Positions 42,289 through 53,850 of a stretch of 64,000 bases of DNA are shown one piece after another. Location: NCBI GenBank assembly GCA_951406725.2, contig OX597817.1, positions 134,850,001 to 134,914,000 on the forward strand, read 5' to 3'. Within the stretch, counting starts at the first letter, position 1, and the number at the start of each line of letters is the position of its first letter. The position numbers and the translations under genes are program-made. Source of the stretch: Octopus vulgaris (lineage: Eukaryota). The notes beneath the pieces were generated by a model, which saw only the letters and a program-made list of their open reading frames with translations, did not search any database and was not told the origin of the DNA.

Positions 42289-43096
42289 AATGCATGTATC
42301 CATAGATACAAAAATATATGTGTATTATATTTTTTAAGTTTCCGCTCAGAGCTGCGGCCATTTTTTAGATATATATGTATATATATAAACATATCGTATA
42401 TATATATATAGAGATATATATAGATATATAGGTAGGTAGATAGGTAGATGTTTGTTTGTATATACATATATATATATATATATGTTTGTATGTATGTATT
42501 AAAACATTTGTTTTGCTCTCTCTCTCTCTCTCTCTCTCCTTTTTAAATACACACTCCCCACCCCCACCCGCTCTTCACCAACCACATAACCATTTCTGTT
42601 TCATATATGAATAACTCGCTCAAGCCCCACTTATCATTTATATCCTTTCCTGACGCCTTCTTCTCCGTTGGGGATATATAAACCCCACTCTCACTCTTTA
42701 TTCTAATGTCTTTAGTCACGATTTATTTCTCGATTTTTTTTTCCATCTTTTCCTTAATTTTTTTTCTAGATTTTATCTTATTTTCTCCTCTTATTTAATG
42801 CACTTTTTCTCAACCTCTCTCCACCGCCGTTCTCTTTGCCTCTCACAAATTTGGTATATCTGTGTGTGTATGTGTGTGTGTTGTGTGTGTGCGCACACGT
42901 GTGTGAGTGTGTGTGTCTGTGTATACACATACATAGACATATCAATATATATGTACACTTAGATATGCATATGTTACACACACAAACATATATTGCCTGT
43001 GAATATATTTATATTTAAAAAAGAATTTCCATAATATATGTGTATACATATATGTGTGTTTATATATATATATGTTTGTGTGTGTGTGTTTGTGTG

Positions 43097-43133
<37 letters not shown>

Positions 43134-43624
43134 GTATACATACGTATATATATATACGTATATATATACATATATATATCATTTATGAATGGCAATTTCA
43201 CAGCGGTGTGAAATGATATATATTTTGAAAAATTGGTCTCCCTACATTTTTGTAGAGTAATCATTAAGTAGATTAATCCTTCATATTTCATAGCTGTGTT
43301 TGTTTGAATTACTATTAAGGACTTGTCGCTTCCGTATATAAAAAGTTCTATATTGAAGTGTTTAATGTTCTCTGATACACGTAGAGATGGGACTCCGAAA
43401 TCAAATATTGTTGGGATTGTTAGTCACACAGCTGCACAAATTTCAATTGCGGGTTGAGGGAAGGGAAGGAAAAGTAGAAGAAGAATATTATTACAGACTT
43501 TTCTAAGATTTTTCAGAAATATGGTTAACGGATGACAATTTGGGGAAATATGGTTTTAATAGAATTAGGATTTTGTTCACAGATACAGTTTATTGTAAGG
43601 ACAACTAATGCGAAGATGGCAGCG

Positions 43625-43810
43625 AATGGCATGACAAAATCCCGGACACAGACGTCTTCTGAAAAGCAGATGTTCTGTCACATTCGTCCATACTTAAATC
43701 AGGACGACTTAAAATGCTACAGCATGTTAGACCAATGGATGACTGTAGAACCCTCAAGCATGTGTTGTGTGGGGAACAACCAGATTGTTGAAGGACTCCT
43801 CTGCCTCTTG
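43625..43810 (+). mobile_element. Degraded RTE-clade LINE fragment
   Basis: DKIPDTDV and, after frameshifts, MDDCRTLKHVLCGE resemble the RTE D.I.N.EVL and RM.D.R.PK.VL.GE motifs. Confidence 0.6.
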
Positions 43811-43934
43811 TTGGTATTTCCTTCTTGGATTTGTGAGTTTCTCTTTCTTTCCAATTGAATTCGCCTTTGAGTTTCGTCTCTGCTTCGCTTTCTCTGATAA
43901 TCGCTAATAAATAGTTATTCCTTTTATTCTTTTT

Positions 43935-44320
43935 TTCTACTCTTGGCCCGAAATTTTGGGGAAAGGGATCAGTCGATTACAACGAGTCCAGTACGCAACT
44001 GGTACTTAATTTATCGACCCCGAAAGGATGAAAGGAAAAGTCGACGTTGGCGGAATTTGAACTCAGAACGTAAAGAGAAACGAAATACCTATTTGTTTAC
44101 TACCCTCAAGGGGCTAAACACAGAGAGGACAAACAAGGTCAGACAAATGGATTAAGTCGATTATATCGACCCCAGTGCATAACTGGTACTTATTTAATCG
44201 ACCCCGAAAGGATGAAAGGCAAAGTCGACCTCGGCGGAATTTGAACTCAGAACGTAGCTGCAGACGAAATACCGCTAAAAATTCCGCCCGGCGTGCTAAC
44301 GATTCTGCCAGCTCGCCGCC
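43935..44320 (-). mobile_element. Tandem SINE family A copies; the copy at ~44090-44320 has the Tx1-like tail
   Basis: Two ctggtactta..atcgaccccgaaaggatgaaagg cores; ggggctaaacacagagaggacaaac tail. Confidence 0.85.
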
Positions 44321-44615
44321 ATTATATTTATTCCTTTTACTATAATCCGAGTTCCGGATGTCGGTGCGAAAAACTGCTCCGGCACCTCTTCAGCTATCGA
44401 GGCAATCAAAATATACTCTTATTTTTTTAAGCAATAAAAATAGATAAATATATCTCTATACATATGTAAAAAATATGTGAAAAAATATATATAAATTATA
44501 TCTAAAATGTATAGAGCGATAAAAAGCTGGTACGTGCACACAATATAAAAAGCAAGTTCTATCTGTGATCTTGTGGGCATGATCCAAAACGTTCAGTTCT
44601 TGAATTTAGACATGT

Positions 44616-44678
<63 letters not shown>

Positions 44679-44779
44679 TAAAGTTAATCTAAACAAGAAA
44701 GCACAAAAAACACAACAACGCGAGGACGTAGAACAAATATAGTATTATTGGACGCTCAGGAAAGAAGGAAAGAAGGAGG

Positions 44780-44814
44780 GTTTAACGTTTCGAGCGGAGC
44801 GCTTCGTCGGAAAC
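44780..44814 (-). ncRNA. Minimal hammerhead-like motif (U4C core) in a ~200-bp insert between (TA)n and (CA)n
   Basis: Minus strand gttt-CCGACGA-agcg(ctc)cgct-c-GAAA-cg-TT-aaac. Confidence 0.6.
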
Positions 44815-44882
44815 ATAGGAGAAGGAAAGATCCAGAAAAGGGAAGACAGAGGGAAAAAAATCGCCAACGGTACACACGCGGT

Positions 44883-44979
<97 letters not shown>

Positions 44980-44984
44980 CATGC

Positions 44985-45282
44985 GTGGAGGCGCAATGGC
45001 CTAGTTATTAGGGCTGCGGACTCGCGGTCGTAGGATCGCGGTTTCGATTCCCAGACCGGGTGTTGTGAGTGTTTATTGAGCGAAAACACCTAAAAGCTCC
45101 GGCAGTAGGTGGTGATCCCTGCTGTACTCTTTCACTACTCTTTCTCTCACTCTTTCTTCTGTTGGCCTGCTCGCTTGGCCAGCGGGGTGGCGTCATTCGA
45201 AGGCTAAAACAATGCGAACGCATTGTGACCAGCGATGTGTAGCAACATCTGATGGTCTGATCGGTCACGTGATCACGTGATA
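44985..45282 (+). mobile_element. SINE family C, tail type 2
   Basis: Head matches 13601; sequence diverges after ctttctctcactctt. Confidence 0.8.
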
Positions 45283-45924
45283 TATACATGCATATGCATT
45301 TATAAATACATACATAATGTATATAAAATATATATTTACGTGTGTATGTGTGTGTGTGTGTGTTCCTATTTATACATAAGATATTGTACTTGTGCACTAC
45401 AAAATAATGTAAGTGCATATGCACTAGAAAAGAATTTTTCAAGAATCTAGATCTCCATTCATCAAAATATTTTCATGCGATATTATAATTGCCATGGCTA
45501 CTTCATGGAAATAATAACATATAGGATTTTAATGATGTTAAAGAAGTGAATAGTAAGTGTATTTGTCTGGTGCATAAGCACTTGTTCAAATTGTGTGTTG
45601 CTCACCTCCTGAGTTGAGGAATGCCAAGTATAAGCCCCATTAACATGGAAAAGTTGCGTCTAGGTATTTCCCTTTAAAAGCGTTCTCTATCTGGATAAGA
45701 GGTTTCATAAAAGAAATTGTGTATAGGAAGAATCTGTTAGCGTGCTTTGCACTTAGATAATTGGAATAGCGATATGAACAAGAGTAGGGATATATAAACA
45801 CTCTTAGAATGATTGTGTTGACTGTGCTTTCGTGCCAGTTATCGAAACAGCTGTAATGAAAATGGAATATTTGAAACATGAATGTAATCACTTGTATTCT
45901 ATTCCTGCCCCATATATAACTAAA

Positions 45925-45985
45925 ATGCTTCACCAGGTGGTACTATTGCGTTAGACATGGCCTGATCCTATACCGGCCGAAAACT
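45925..45985 (+). mobile_element. Isolated 3' UTR tip of the CR1-type LINE
   Basis: cttcaccaggtggtactatt..gttagacatggcctg..cctatac.ggccgaaa matches 63765-63820. Confidence 0.75.
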
Positions 45986-45991
45986 ATCAAA

Positions 45992-46063
<72 letters not shown>

Positions 46064-46084
46064 TAGATATATATAAGCCTTATC

Positions 46085-46263
46085 ACAATATCCATAATTT
46101 TTTTTTTTACTCTCGCTCTGCTTATTCTCTCTTATTCCTTTCTGTTGAAAAGCGTAGGCTCGAAACGTAGAAGACTTTCTCATTTTCCCGAGCGTCAAAA
46201 CAATACACCTGCTTGTTGTTTATGCACCAGTCTTCGAATTTTGTTTTTCTGTAAATTTCAACT
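46085..46263 (+). mobile_element. Family D (TA)n-flanked repeat with a hammerhead-like motif at 46138-46173
   Basis: cttt-CTGTTGA-aa-agc(gtag)gct-c-GAAA-cg-TA-gaag. Confidence 0.65.
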
Positions 46264-46324
46264 ATATATATATATACATATATATGTATATATATAGACC
46301 CATAGATACACGGACGCACATACA

Positions 46325-46410
<86 letters not shown>

Positions 46411-46620
46411 TGTATGTGTATTTTTTCAATAAGTACAAATAACACAGAAAAATAAAGAGTTACCAGGGTAGCAAAATTCACCTCAGTGCCAAGGATGTTA
46501 CAGCCTAATTATAAAGGTAGAAATTCCAGGGCTTAGTGAAATGCTTTTTGGATTATATGGATAAATTAAGAAATGGAGTATAAACATTTGAATAACACCT
46601 GCGTTTAAATTCATTTCTTA

Positions 46621-46684
<64 letters not shown>

Positions 46685-46688
<4 letters not shown>

Positions 46689-47223
46689 CATAAATGAGGG
46701 CAAAGGAAAAAATTCATAATGCCAAATATGCCGAAAAATTGGACATATTGTCCATTGACCATATAATTTTTTCACAATACGCACGCTACTCGGAAGAAGA
46801 TCGACAGAAATTTCTAAAAATTCCATTATTACCATATCGGACCGATTTCATAGTTAGCTACTAAGAGCCCTCTCTCGTCAGTGATACATGTGGCAAAAGA
46901 AATAAGTGAGATACTTACTCATACCCATGGAAGAAGCAAATACTAAGTCATGGGCACGACTTAGTATTTGCTTCTTCCATGGGTATGAGTAAGTATCTCA
47001 CTTATTTCTTTTGCCACATGTATCACTGACGAAGAGAGGGCTCTTAGTAGCTAACTATGAAATCGGTCCGATATGGTAATAATGGAATTTTTAGAAATTT
47101 CTGTCGACCTTTTTTCGAGTAGCGTGCGTATTGTGAAAAAATTATATTGTTAATGGACAATATGTCCAATTTTTCGGCATATTTGGCATTAGAAATTTTT
47201 TCCTTTGCCCTCATTTATGAATT
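46685..47223. repeat. ~540-bp palindrome (arms ~265 bp, 8-nt centre) next to (TA)n, with a hammerhead-like motif in each arm
   Basis: tactaagtc ATGGGCAC gacttagta centre; inner arms near identical, several mismatches in the outer part. Confidence 0.92.
47021..47073 (+). ncRNA. Hammerhead-like motif with canonical core and branched helix II (mirror copy at 46835-46886, minus strand)
   Basis: tatca-CTGACGA-agag(aggg)ctct-tagt(agcta)acta-t-GAAA-tcgg-TC-cgata. Confidence 0.55.
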
Positions 47224-47754
47224 GTTTATAAATTTAACCGTTAAAGGTATTTTTTAATATGTTGGCCATTGATAAAATTCTTTTCGAGAAAATATTTTTT
47301 TTTCGAAAAGAATTTTATCCTCACATTTGATATATATATATATATATCCTCACATTTGATATATATATATATATATATATATACATACATACATACATTA
47401 TGCAATACTGAAATACACACATGCTTACACATACCTGCATACATGTATGTGTGCGTGCGCGCAGGTTTTTGCTACAACATGCAAAAAATATATCTTTAGT
47501 ATTGTTATTGTTTTTGAATATTTCGAAACCTTTGTTTTGTTTCCTGTATGTATCCTGACCTCATCTTCTCGTAGGTAACCAGATAATGCGTACAAAAGAT
47601 ATAGTTGACACATTGTGACGCAAGCGTCGTTATACTTGCGACGACGTCAGAGGCCGTTAAGCTGTTCACTTAGTCTCTTCCGACGTAAAAGAATCTTTCT
47701 TCACTAATTGTGGATTTAGCGTTTGTCGACATGGAATCTGAATGGCGGAAGGCA

Positions 47755-47758
47755 TTGG

Positions 47759-47802
<44 letters not shown>

Positions 47803-48178
47803 TTGATGATGATGATGATGGCGACGTTGATGATAATTTTAAGGGGGAGAAGGATATGAATGTGACGACGATAAGGATAACCACGGCCACTGCGATTATG
47901 ATGTCAAGGTTGTACATGAATAGGCTGATGTTGATGATGATGAGGAAAATGGAGTGGAAGGGGAAGGAGAAGGAGAAAGAAGAAGGAAGAGGGGGAGAAG
48001 GAAGAGGAGGAGGAGGAGGGGTGGAGGTGGAGGAGGTGGAGATGGAGGGAGTATCATTGTTGTCGTGGCGGGGGCGTCGGTAATGTTTCCGATGACGGTG
48101 CCGTTATCAGTAATGATAATGGTGGCGCTGTTGCCACTGTCGGCGACAAAGGTGGTGGTGGTGGTGGTGGTGGTGGTT

Positions 48179-48230
<52 letters not shown>

Positions 48231-48749
48231 CGACGACGACAACGATAGAATTCTTCCTTTTCTTTAATCAATGCTTTCAGCTTAACTGCACTCGTCCCCT
48301 TTTCTATCACATCTCCAAATTATCAAAGACATTAATAATTCAATTATCAACTTATCTGTGACAGCTGAAACAAAACACATTTCTCGCCTCCGCCACCGTC
48401 GCCGCTGCTTTCCTCTTCCCTCTTCCCCTCCTTCCCACACAATGTATTCATGTCTACAGAGATCGGCCAAATCTCCTTCTTTTTGCGGCTCTATCATTAT
48501 TTTTCATTAATGTTTGCATGTCAAACGATACCAAACTGTTTCATCAGTTTGTCTGTCTTGTGTAAATATTTCTCCGTGTCTTCTATTATACCGCAATACG
48601 TACACAAATACACTCATAGACACACACACATACACGACACACACACATACATATGCCGGTACGAATACATACAAGCACACACAACATAATATACATACAT
48701 ACATACATACATATATATATGTGTGTGTCTATGTGTGCATGTATGTATG

Positions 48750-48811
<62 letters not shown>

Positions 48812-48990
48812 CATGTAAGATATGCATATATTTATATACGTATACTTGTACATATACATATATATGTATATCCATATATCTATGTATACATATAAGTATA
48901 CACAAATACATACATTCACATATATACATACATAAATATATGTATATATATGCATATGTGTGTGTGTACGTGTGTACTATATGTATATGA
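47755..48990. repeat. (GAT)n, (GAG)n, (GGT)n and (TA/CA)n microsatellite cluster
   Basis: Directly visible. Confidence 0.9.
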
Positions 48991-49571
48991 ACGGATGTAT
49001 CTTACTTGCTTGCAAACATGTCTACATGTATTCATACATACCTGGTAGAACAGCTACCCTCATTCACAACATACACACACATACACACATACATTAACGC
49101 ACATGCTACAACGAGTGGGATAGAATAAGACAATCAACTCCAACTGGTTCCGCAATAATTCCTGTTATGCAATAAGATGGAATACACGGAGCATTCCGGT
49201 GTAATCGTGGGCGAGGTTGTGACTGATATGATAGAAGAAAAACAACCTCTTGCGATCGAAAAAAATGTAAATTCGATCCTTCTATATGCACATCTTTCTT
49301 TATCTCTTTCTTTCTCTATTCCTTTCTTCTTATTTTTTTTTTTGCATTTTCCTTCAGTTGGGCGTGAGAAAACGTTAGTCTGAATCAAAATCAATCTCAA
49401 TATTCCTACTAAAACACCAGAAGTCACACTTATTTATTTTATCGAAGTAGAAACGTAGATAACCGGACGTATTGATAAGAGTTCCGCCTATATGGCGCTG
49501 AGTCAACGACTTCAAGAGATTTAACTCTCGCTGTCTAAGTCCACCAAGCCATACATAGACGCCGAGCTATG

Positions 49572-49790
49572 TAGGCGAGCTGGCAGACTCGTTAGCACGC
49601 CGGGCGAATTGCGTAGCCGTATTTCGTCTGCCGTTACGTTCTGAGTTCAAATTCCGCCGAGGTCGACTTTGCCTTTCATCCTTTCGGGGTCGATAAATTA
49701 AGTACCAGTTACGCCCTGGGGTCGATATAGTCGACATAATCCGTTTGTCCACTCTGTGTTTAGCCCCTTGTGGGCAGTAGTGAAATACAT
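49572..49790 (+). mobile_element. SINE family A with Tx1-like tail
   Basis: ggcgagctggcagactcgttagcacgcc...gcctttcatcctttcggggtcgataaattaagtaccag...ctctgtgtttagccccttgtgggcag. Confidence 0.88.
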
Positions 49791-50088
49791 ACATAGACGC
49801 CGTTGTATCGAAATCAGCAGAGTTTGGGAAGTAATACTACTCCCTGTATTCCAAAGGTTTCAGATTTTGGACAGGACGTAAGCTAATTACATCAATGCCA
49901 GTGATCGACTGGTACTTATTTTATCGATCCCCATTGGATGAAAGGCTAAGTCGACATGGCTGGTAATTTTAGAAGAGGGATAAGTCAATTAAATCGACGC
50001 TAGAGTTCAACTGGTACTTATTTTATCGATTTCGAAAGGATAAAAGTCAGAGTTTACATATCTAGTGTAAAAATAGAAAGGGAGTTTG

Positions 50089-50122
50089 TTCAACGTTTCG
50101 AGAATTTGTCTTTCATCATGAA
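50089..50122 (-). ncRNA. Degenerate hammerhead-like motif related to 44780-44814
   Basis: Minus strand ttc-ATGATGA-a-aga(caaat)tct-c-GAAA-cg-TT-gaa; C3 position mutated. Confidence 0.4.
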
Positions 50123-50559
50123 AAATAAAGAGGATGAAAAGAAAGAAAAATTTCATTTGAGTATTTTTTGTTATTACTTTCGCTTTCCTTGAGTCCCAGG
50201 ACCAATAAAGCCAGTCTCCCGGTTTCTATAGTATATAAGTGGACAAGATCACAATATTGCATGAATGGGAGGCCGGTCCATTTCAGGGTTCAAGTCCAGA
50301 AATTTTGAGAGAAGGGGACAAGTCTATTGTATCGACACCAGTACTTGACTGGTACTTTATTTCATGGAGCCCCAAAATGGATGAAACGCAATGCTGACCT
50401 CAGTGGGATTCGAACCCGGAACATAAAGATTCTGCCAGTTTGCCTCCTTTCCTGCCATGCAATAACGCAAAGAAATCTTCCATATTTCCTCGTATTCTCC
50501 AATACAATCACTTGGATTCCACTCACTTTGTGCATTATTTTACAGTTTAACGGATTCTC

Positions 50560-50662
50560 TTATTCTTTTATTCTTTTATTTGTTACAGTCAGTTACTGCG
50601 GCGAGCACCACATTTAGTCGAGCAAATTGTCCCCAGGATTTATTCTTTGTAAGACTAGTACG

Positions 50663-50693
<31 letters not shown>

Positions 50694-50883
50694 ATTTTTT
50701 GCGTAATAAGATAAAAAACAAGGGTGTATAGATAATAGAGCATTTATAGATAGAAGGTCTTACAGCTGTTTCTAGGATGTTTATTAATGATATCCCTTCA
50801 TCGGAGACGGTGTGACAGGATGGTTAAGTCATAGTTAGTTTAGATGTGTTACAAAATAGAGAGTGAGGTGGAGGAAAGAAAGG

Positions 50884-50940
<57 letters not shown>

Positions 50941-51250
50941 CTACACTATATGCGTATATATGTCTTTGACTTGCGATGTTACGGTAACATAAACACACCA
51001 GCATCGGTTGTCTAGCGATGTTGGGGGAGGGGGACAAACAAAGACACAGAATCATATACACACCCATACATGTATATATATACATATATACGACGGGATC
51101 CTTTCAGTTACCGTCTACCAAATCCACTCACAAGGCTTTGTTCGGCCCGAGGCTTTAGTAGAAGACACTTTCCCAAGGTGCCATGCAGTGGAACAGAACC
51201 CGGAGCCATGTGGTTGGGTAAGCAAGCTACTTACCACACAGCCACTCCTG
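50560..51250 (-). mobile_element. SINE family B interrupted by a (TA)n-flanked hammerhead-bearing insert (~50690-50882)
   Basis: Tail at 50560-50660; body and head at ~50970-51250. Confidence 0.8.
50757..50808 (-). ncRNA. Minimal type-I hammerhead ribozyme, U4C core
   Basis: Minus strand gtct-CCGATGA-a-gggat(13 nt)atcct-a-GAAA-cagctg-TA-agac; palindromic helix III ACAGCTGT. Confidence 0.7.
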
Positions 51251-52249
51251 CAGTAGTTCTTCTTACCCCTAGGACAATTGAGGCATCTGTTCTGTGTCCT
51301 TACAACCGTGAGCATTCTGTGTTTTTAAATATATCGAGAACTACGTTATGAAATGAGTTAATGTATCCATTCGTTTTTAAGACGGCAAGGAGAAAATTTG
51401 AGGGAAAATTGACTACGCTTCCTTGCATGTGAAATGACCACACATAAAGCCAACCCTACCCGTCTTGTCGCGTTTATCAGTATTTATTTGTGCCATTCAG
51501 TGGGGGGGGGAGGTCATTCCACTTCCATTTGTTCTAGATGTTTTCCTGTCTCAAACGCAGAGGAAGATTATATCTTCGACGCTACAGAAGCTACTGGAAC
51601 CATAAAATATTACATTGTGGCACAAAGGTAATGTACCAGCTTGTTGAATATGTTCGAGCTCATAGTGTAACTTTACATCGTGCGCGCGCACACACGAGCG
51701 CACAAGGCCGGATTAAGTCCCATAGTGGTCTCAAAAGATTTTGTTGCCCCCATATATATGTAATCTAAAATATAAACAATAATGAAACAAAACAAAGATT
51801 GAAAACAATTATGTTTGTAAAGTTTTCTTCTGATTTTAATTGCAAAGTCTTTGATCAGATCCTGATAATTAATCTTACCTTACGCATCTGCTTTAACAGA
51901 GATAAAGCACCCCGAATTTATCAAGTTTAAAGGGATTCATTGTGTCCCGTAAACCATTTACCATTTTTCTGCTGCCTCTTTCTCTTGATTCCTTAATGGT
52001 TAATCCAGCGCTGTACACACACATACACACACATACACACACACGCACAGGCACACACACGCATACACACACCCACACGCACACACGCACACACACACAC
52101 ATACACACTCACACACGCGCATACAATCTCATCGGTAAATTGGCTATTGGTTATGGATGTTCCCATAATTGCCGATTCACTCTATAATAACCATTAGCTC
52201 ACGTAAATGTTTAGTTTCCATGCTTCGTAGCCAATGACAGGCCCATGAA

Positions 52250-52950
52250 TGCGCCTCGCTATTCAAGCCTGTATTCAACATCCCTCATCAATGTTATACA
52301 ATAACTTAGAAACCTTTAATTCCTATTAAATAAATTGTTGTAGAACCAGAATCAATGCCTATTAAATCTAATCACTTACATATGGGGCCTTTATCTCTCT
52401 CGTCCCGCTCTCTTACAATATTTTACACTCATAAATTGTAACCTGCAATTTCGACTCTAAAGAAAACACTTATCTCTAATCGCTCGTCCAAATCTCGTTT
52501 ACATTCACATACCTACACTTATCCTCGTTTCTTTACTCTTTTATACATCCCATTGTCTCCCTTTTGGTACCCTCCTTTAGACTTTCTCTCCTTCTTATCT
52601 GACTCTCCAGAATATCTTTCTTATCTCTTACCATACTCTCTTCTCTCCCTTTGTTATTCTCCAAAATGCCATTGTGTCTCCTTTCGTCACTCTCTAACAT
52701 AATTCTTCTCTCCTTTTCGCTACTTTTCAACATAGCTTTTCTCTCAGTTACCCAAGCTTTTAACGCATCATCGCCTCTGCCTTTCATTATTCTCCTAAAT
52801 ACCTTTTTCTCTCCTTCTCTCTCTCCAATACGCCTCCACGTCTCCCTTTCGATCTTTTCCAGCATAACTTTAATTTCCTTTTTCCAACTATACAACTTCG
52901 CAACTTGTCTGTCAGTCCTTACTCTTCCCTATCACACTTTATCAAGGACG
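52250..52950 (-). mobile_element. Possible heavily decayed LTR-retrotransposon gag-protease remnant
   Basis: Charged, purine-rich minus-strand ORF (52533-52895) followed by IGIDSGSTT, similar to a retroviral aspartic-protease DSG motif, near 52335-52362. Weak evidence. Confidence 0.3.
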
Positions 52951-53359
52951 CTACACAACCTACATCATTCATCTCTTATTGTTACGTTACATTCGGGGTT
53001 TTTCTGCTAACACACTGGTGTCTTTATTAATCAAAAACATAAAAGTGACATTGAGCTGGACCTCATCGTAACAAGATATTATTTGATACAATTTCTCAAG
53101 GACGAAAGGGTATTTCCGGTAAATTGATGTCGGACCTACATCAAAACAACAGCAATATTACCGAAAGTTAAATAAATCTTTGATAAAGTTGTGTGTGAAA
53201 ACGAGTCCAGCTTTAAATAATAACTTATAATACTCGAGCCACGCACTTCCTATAACCTAGAAAGGTGCGAAGTTCGAATTCAGAAAGCAAATGCGTGATC
53301 CGAAACTTGCAGACAGTTTTCCACCCTTTTCCATACCAGAGTTTATTAATATAATATAT

Positions 53360-53576
53360 CGGTCTCAAATTCTGGCACAAGATCACCATTGTCAAGGAAG
53401 GGGTTAAGTTGACTGTATCGACCTCCAGCGCTCAACTGGAACTTGTTTTATCAACCCCGAATAGATGAAATGCAAGGTTGACATCTGCGGGATTCGAACT
53501 CAGAACATAACGATGGACGAAATGCCGCATTGCATTTTCCCCCGGCGTGCTAACGACTCTGCCAGTTCGCCGCCTT
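53360..53576 (-). mobile_element. SINE family A
   Basis: Reverse-complement consensus ending ...gactctgccagttcgccgcc. Confidence 0.8.
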
Positions 53577-53618
53577 ATCGCTTCTATGTATTATAAGTTA
53601 CTATTTGTAGCTGTAAAA

Positions 53619-53850
53619 AGGCGGCGAGCTGGCAGAAACGTTAGCACGCCGGGGGAAATGCTTAACGGTATTTCGTCTGTCTTTACGTTCTGAGTTCAAA
53701 TTCCGCAGAGGTCGACTTTGCCTTTCATCATTTCGGGATGGATAAATTAAGTACCAGTTACGAACTTGGCTCGATGTTATAGACTTAATCCCTTTGTCTG
53801 TCCTTGTTTGTCTCCTCTATATTTAGCCCCTTGTGGGCAATAAAGAAATA
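53619..53850 (+). mobile_element. SINE family A with Tx1-like tail
   Basis: Full head and core; tail tttgtctcctctatatttagccccttgtgggcaataaagaa. Confidence 0.88.

Noticed and set aside
45815-45860. GAAA-CAGCTG-TA preceded by a hairpin
   Set aside because: No identifiable CUGANGA-like core or helix I upstream; at best a decayed relic.
47560-47755. Possible minus-strand first exon (MCQLYLLYALSGYLREDE followed by GTCAGG)
   Set aside because: Weak splice donor, short peptide and no recognisable homology.
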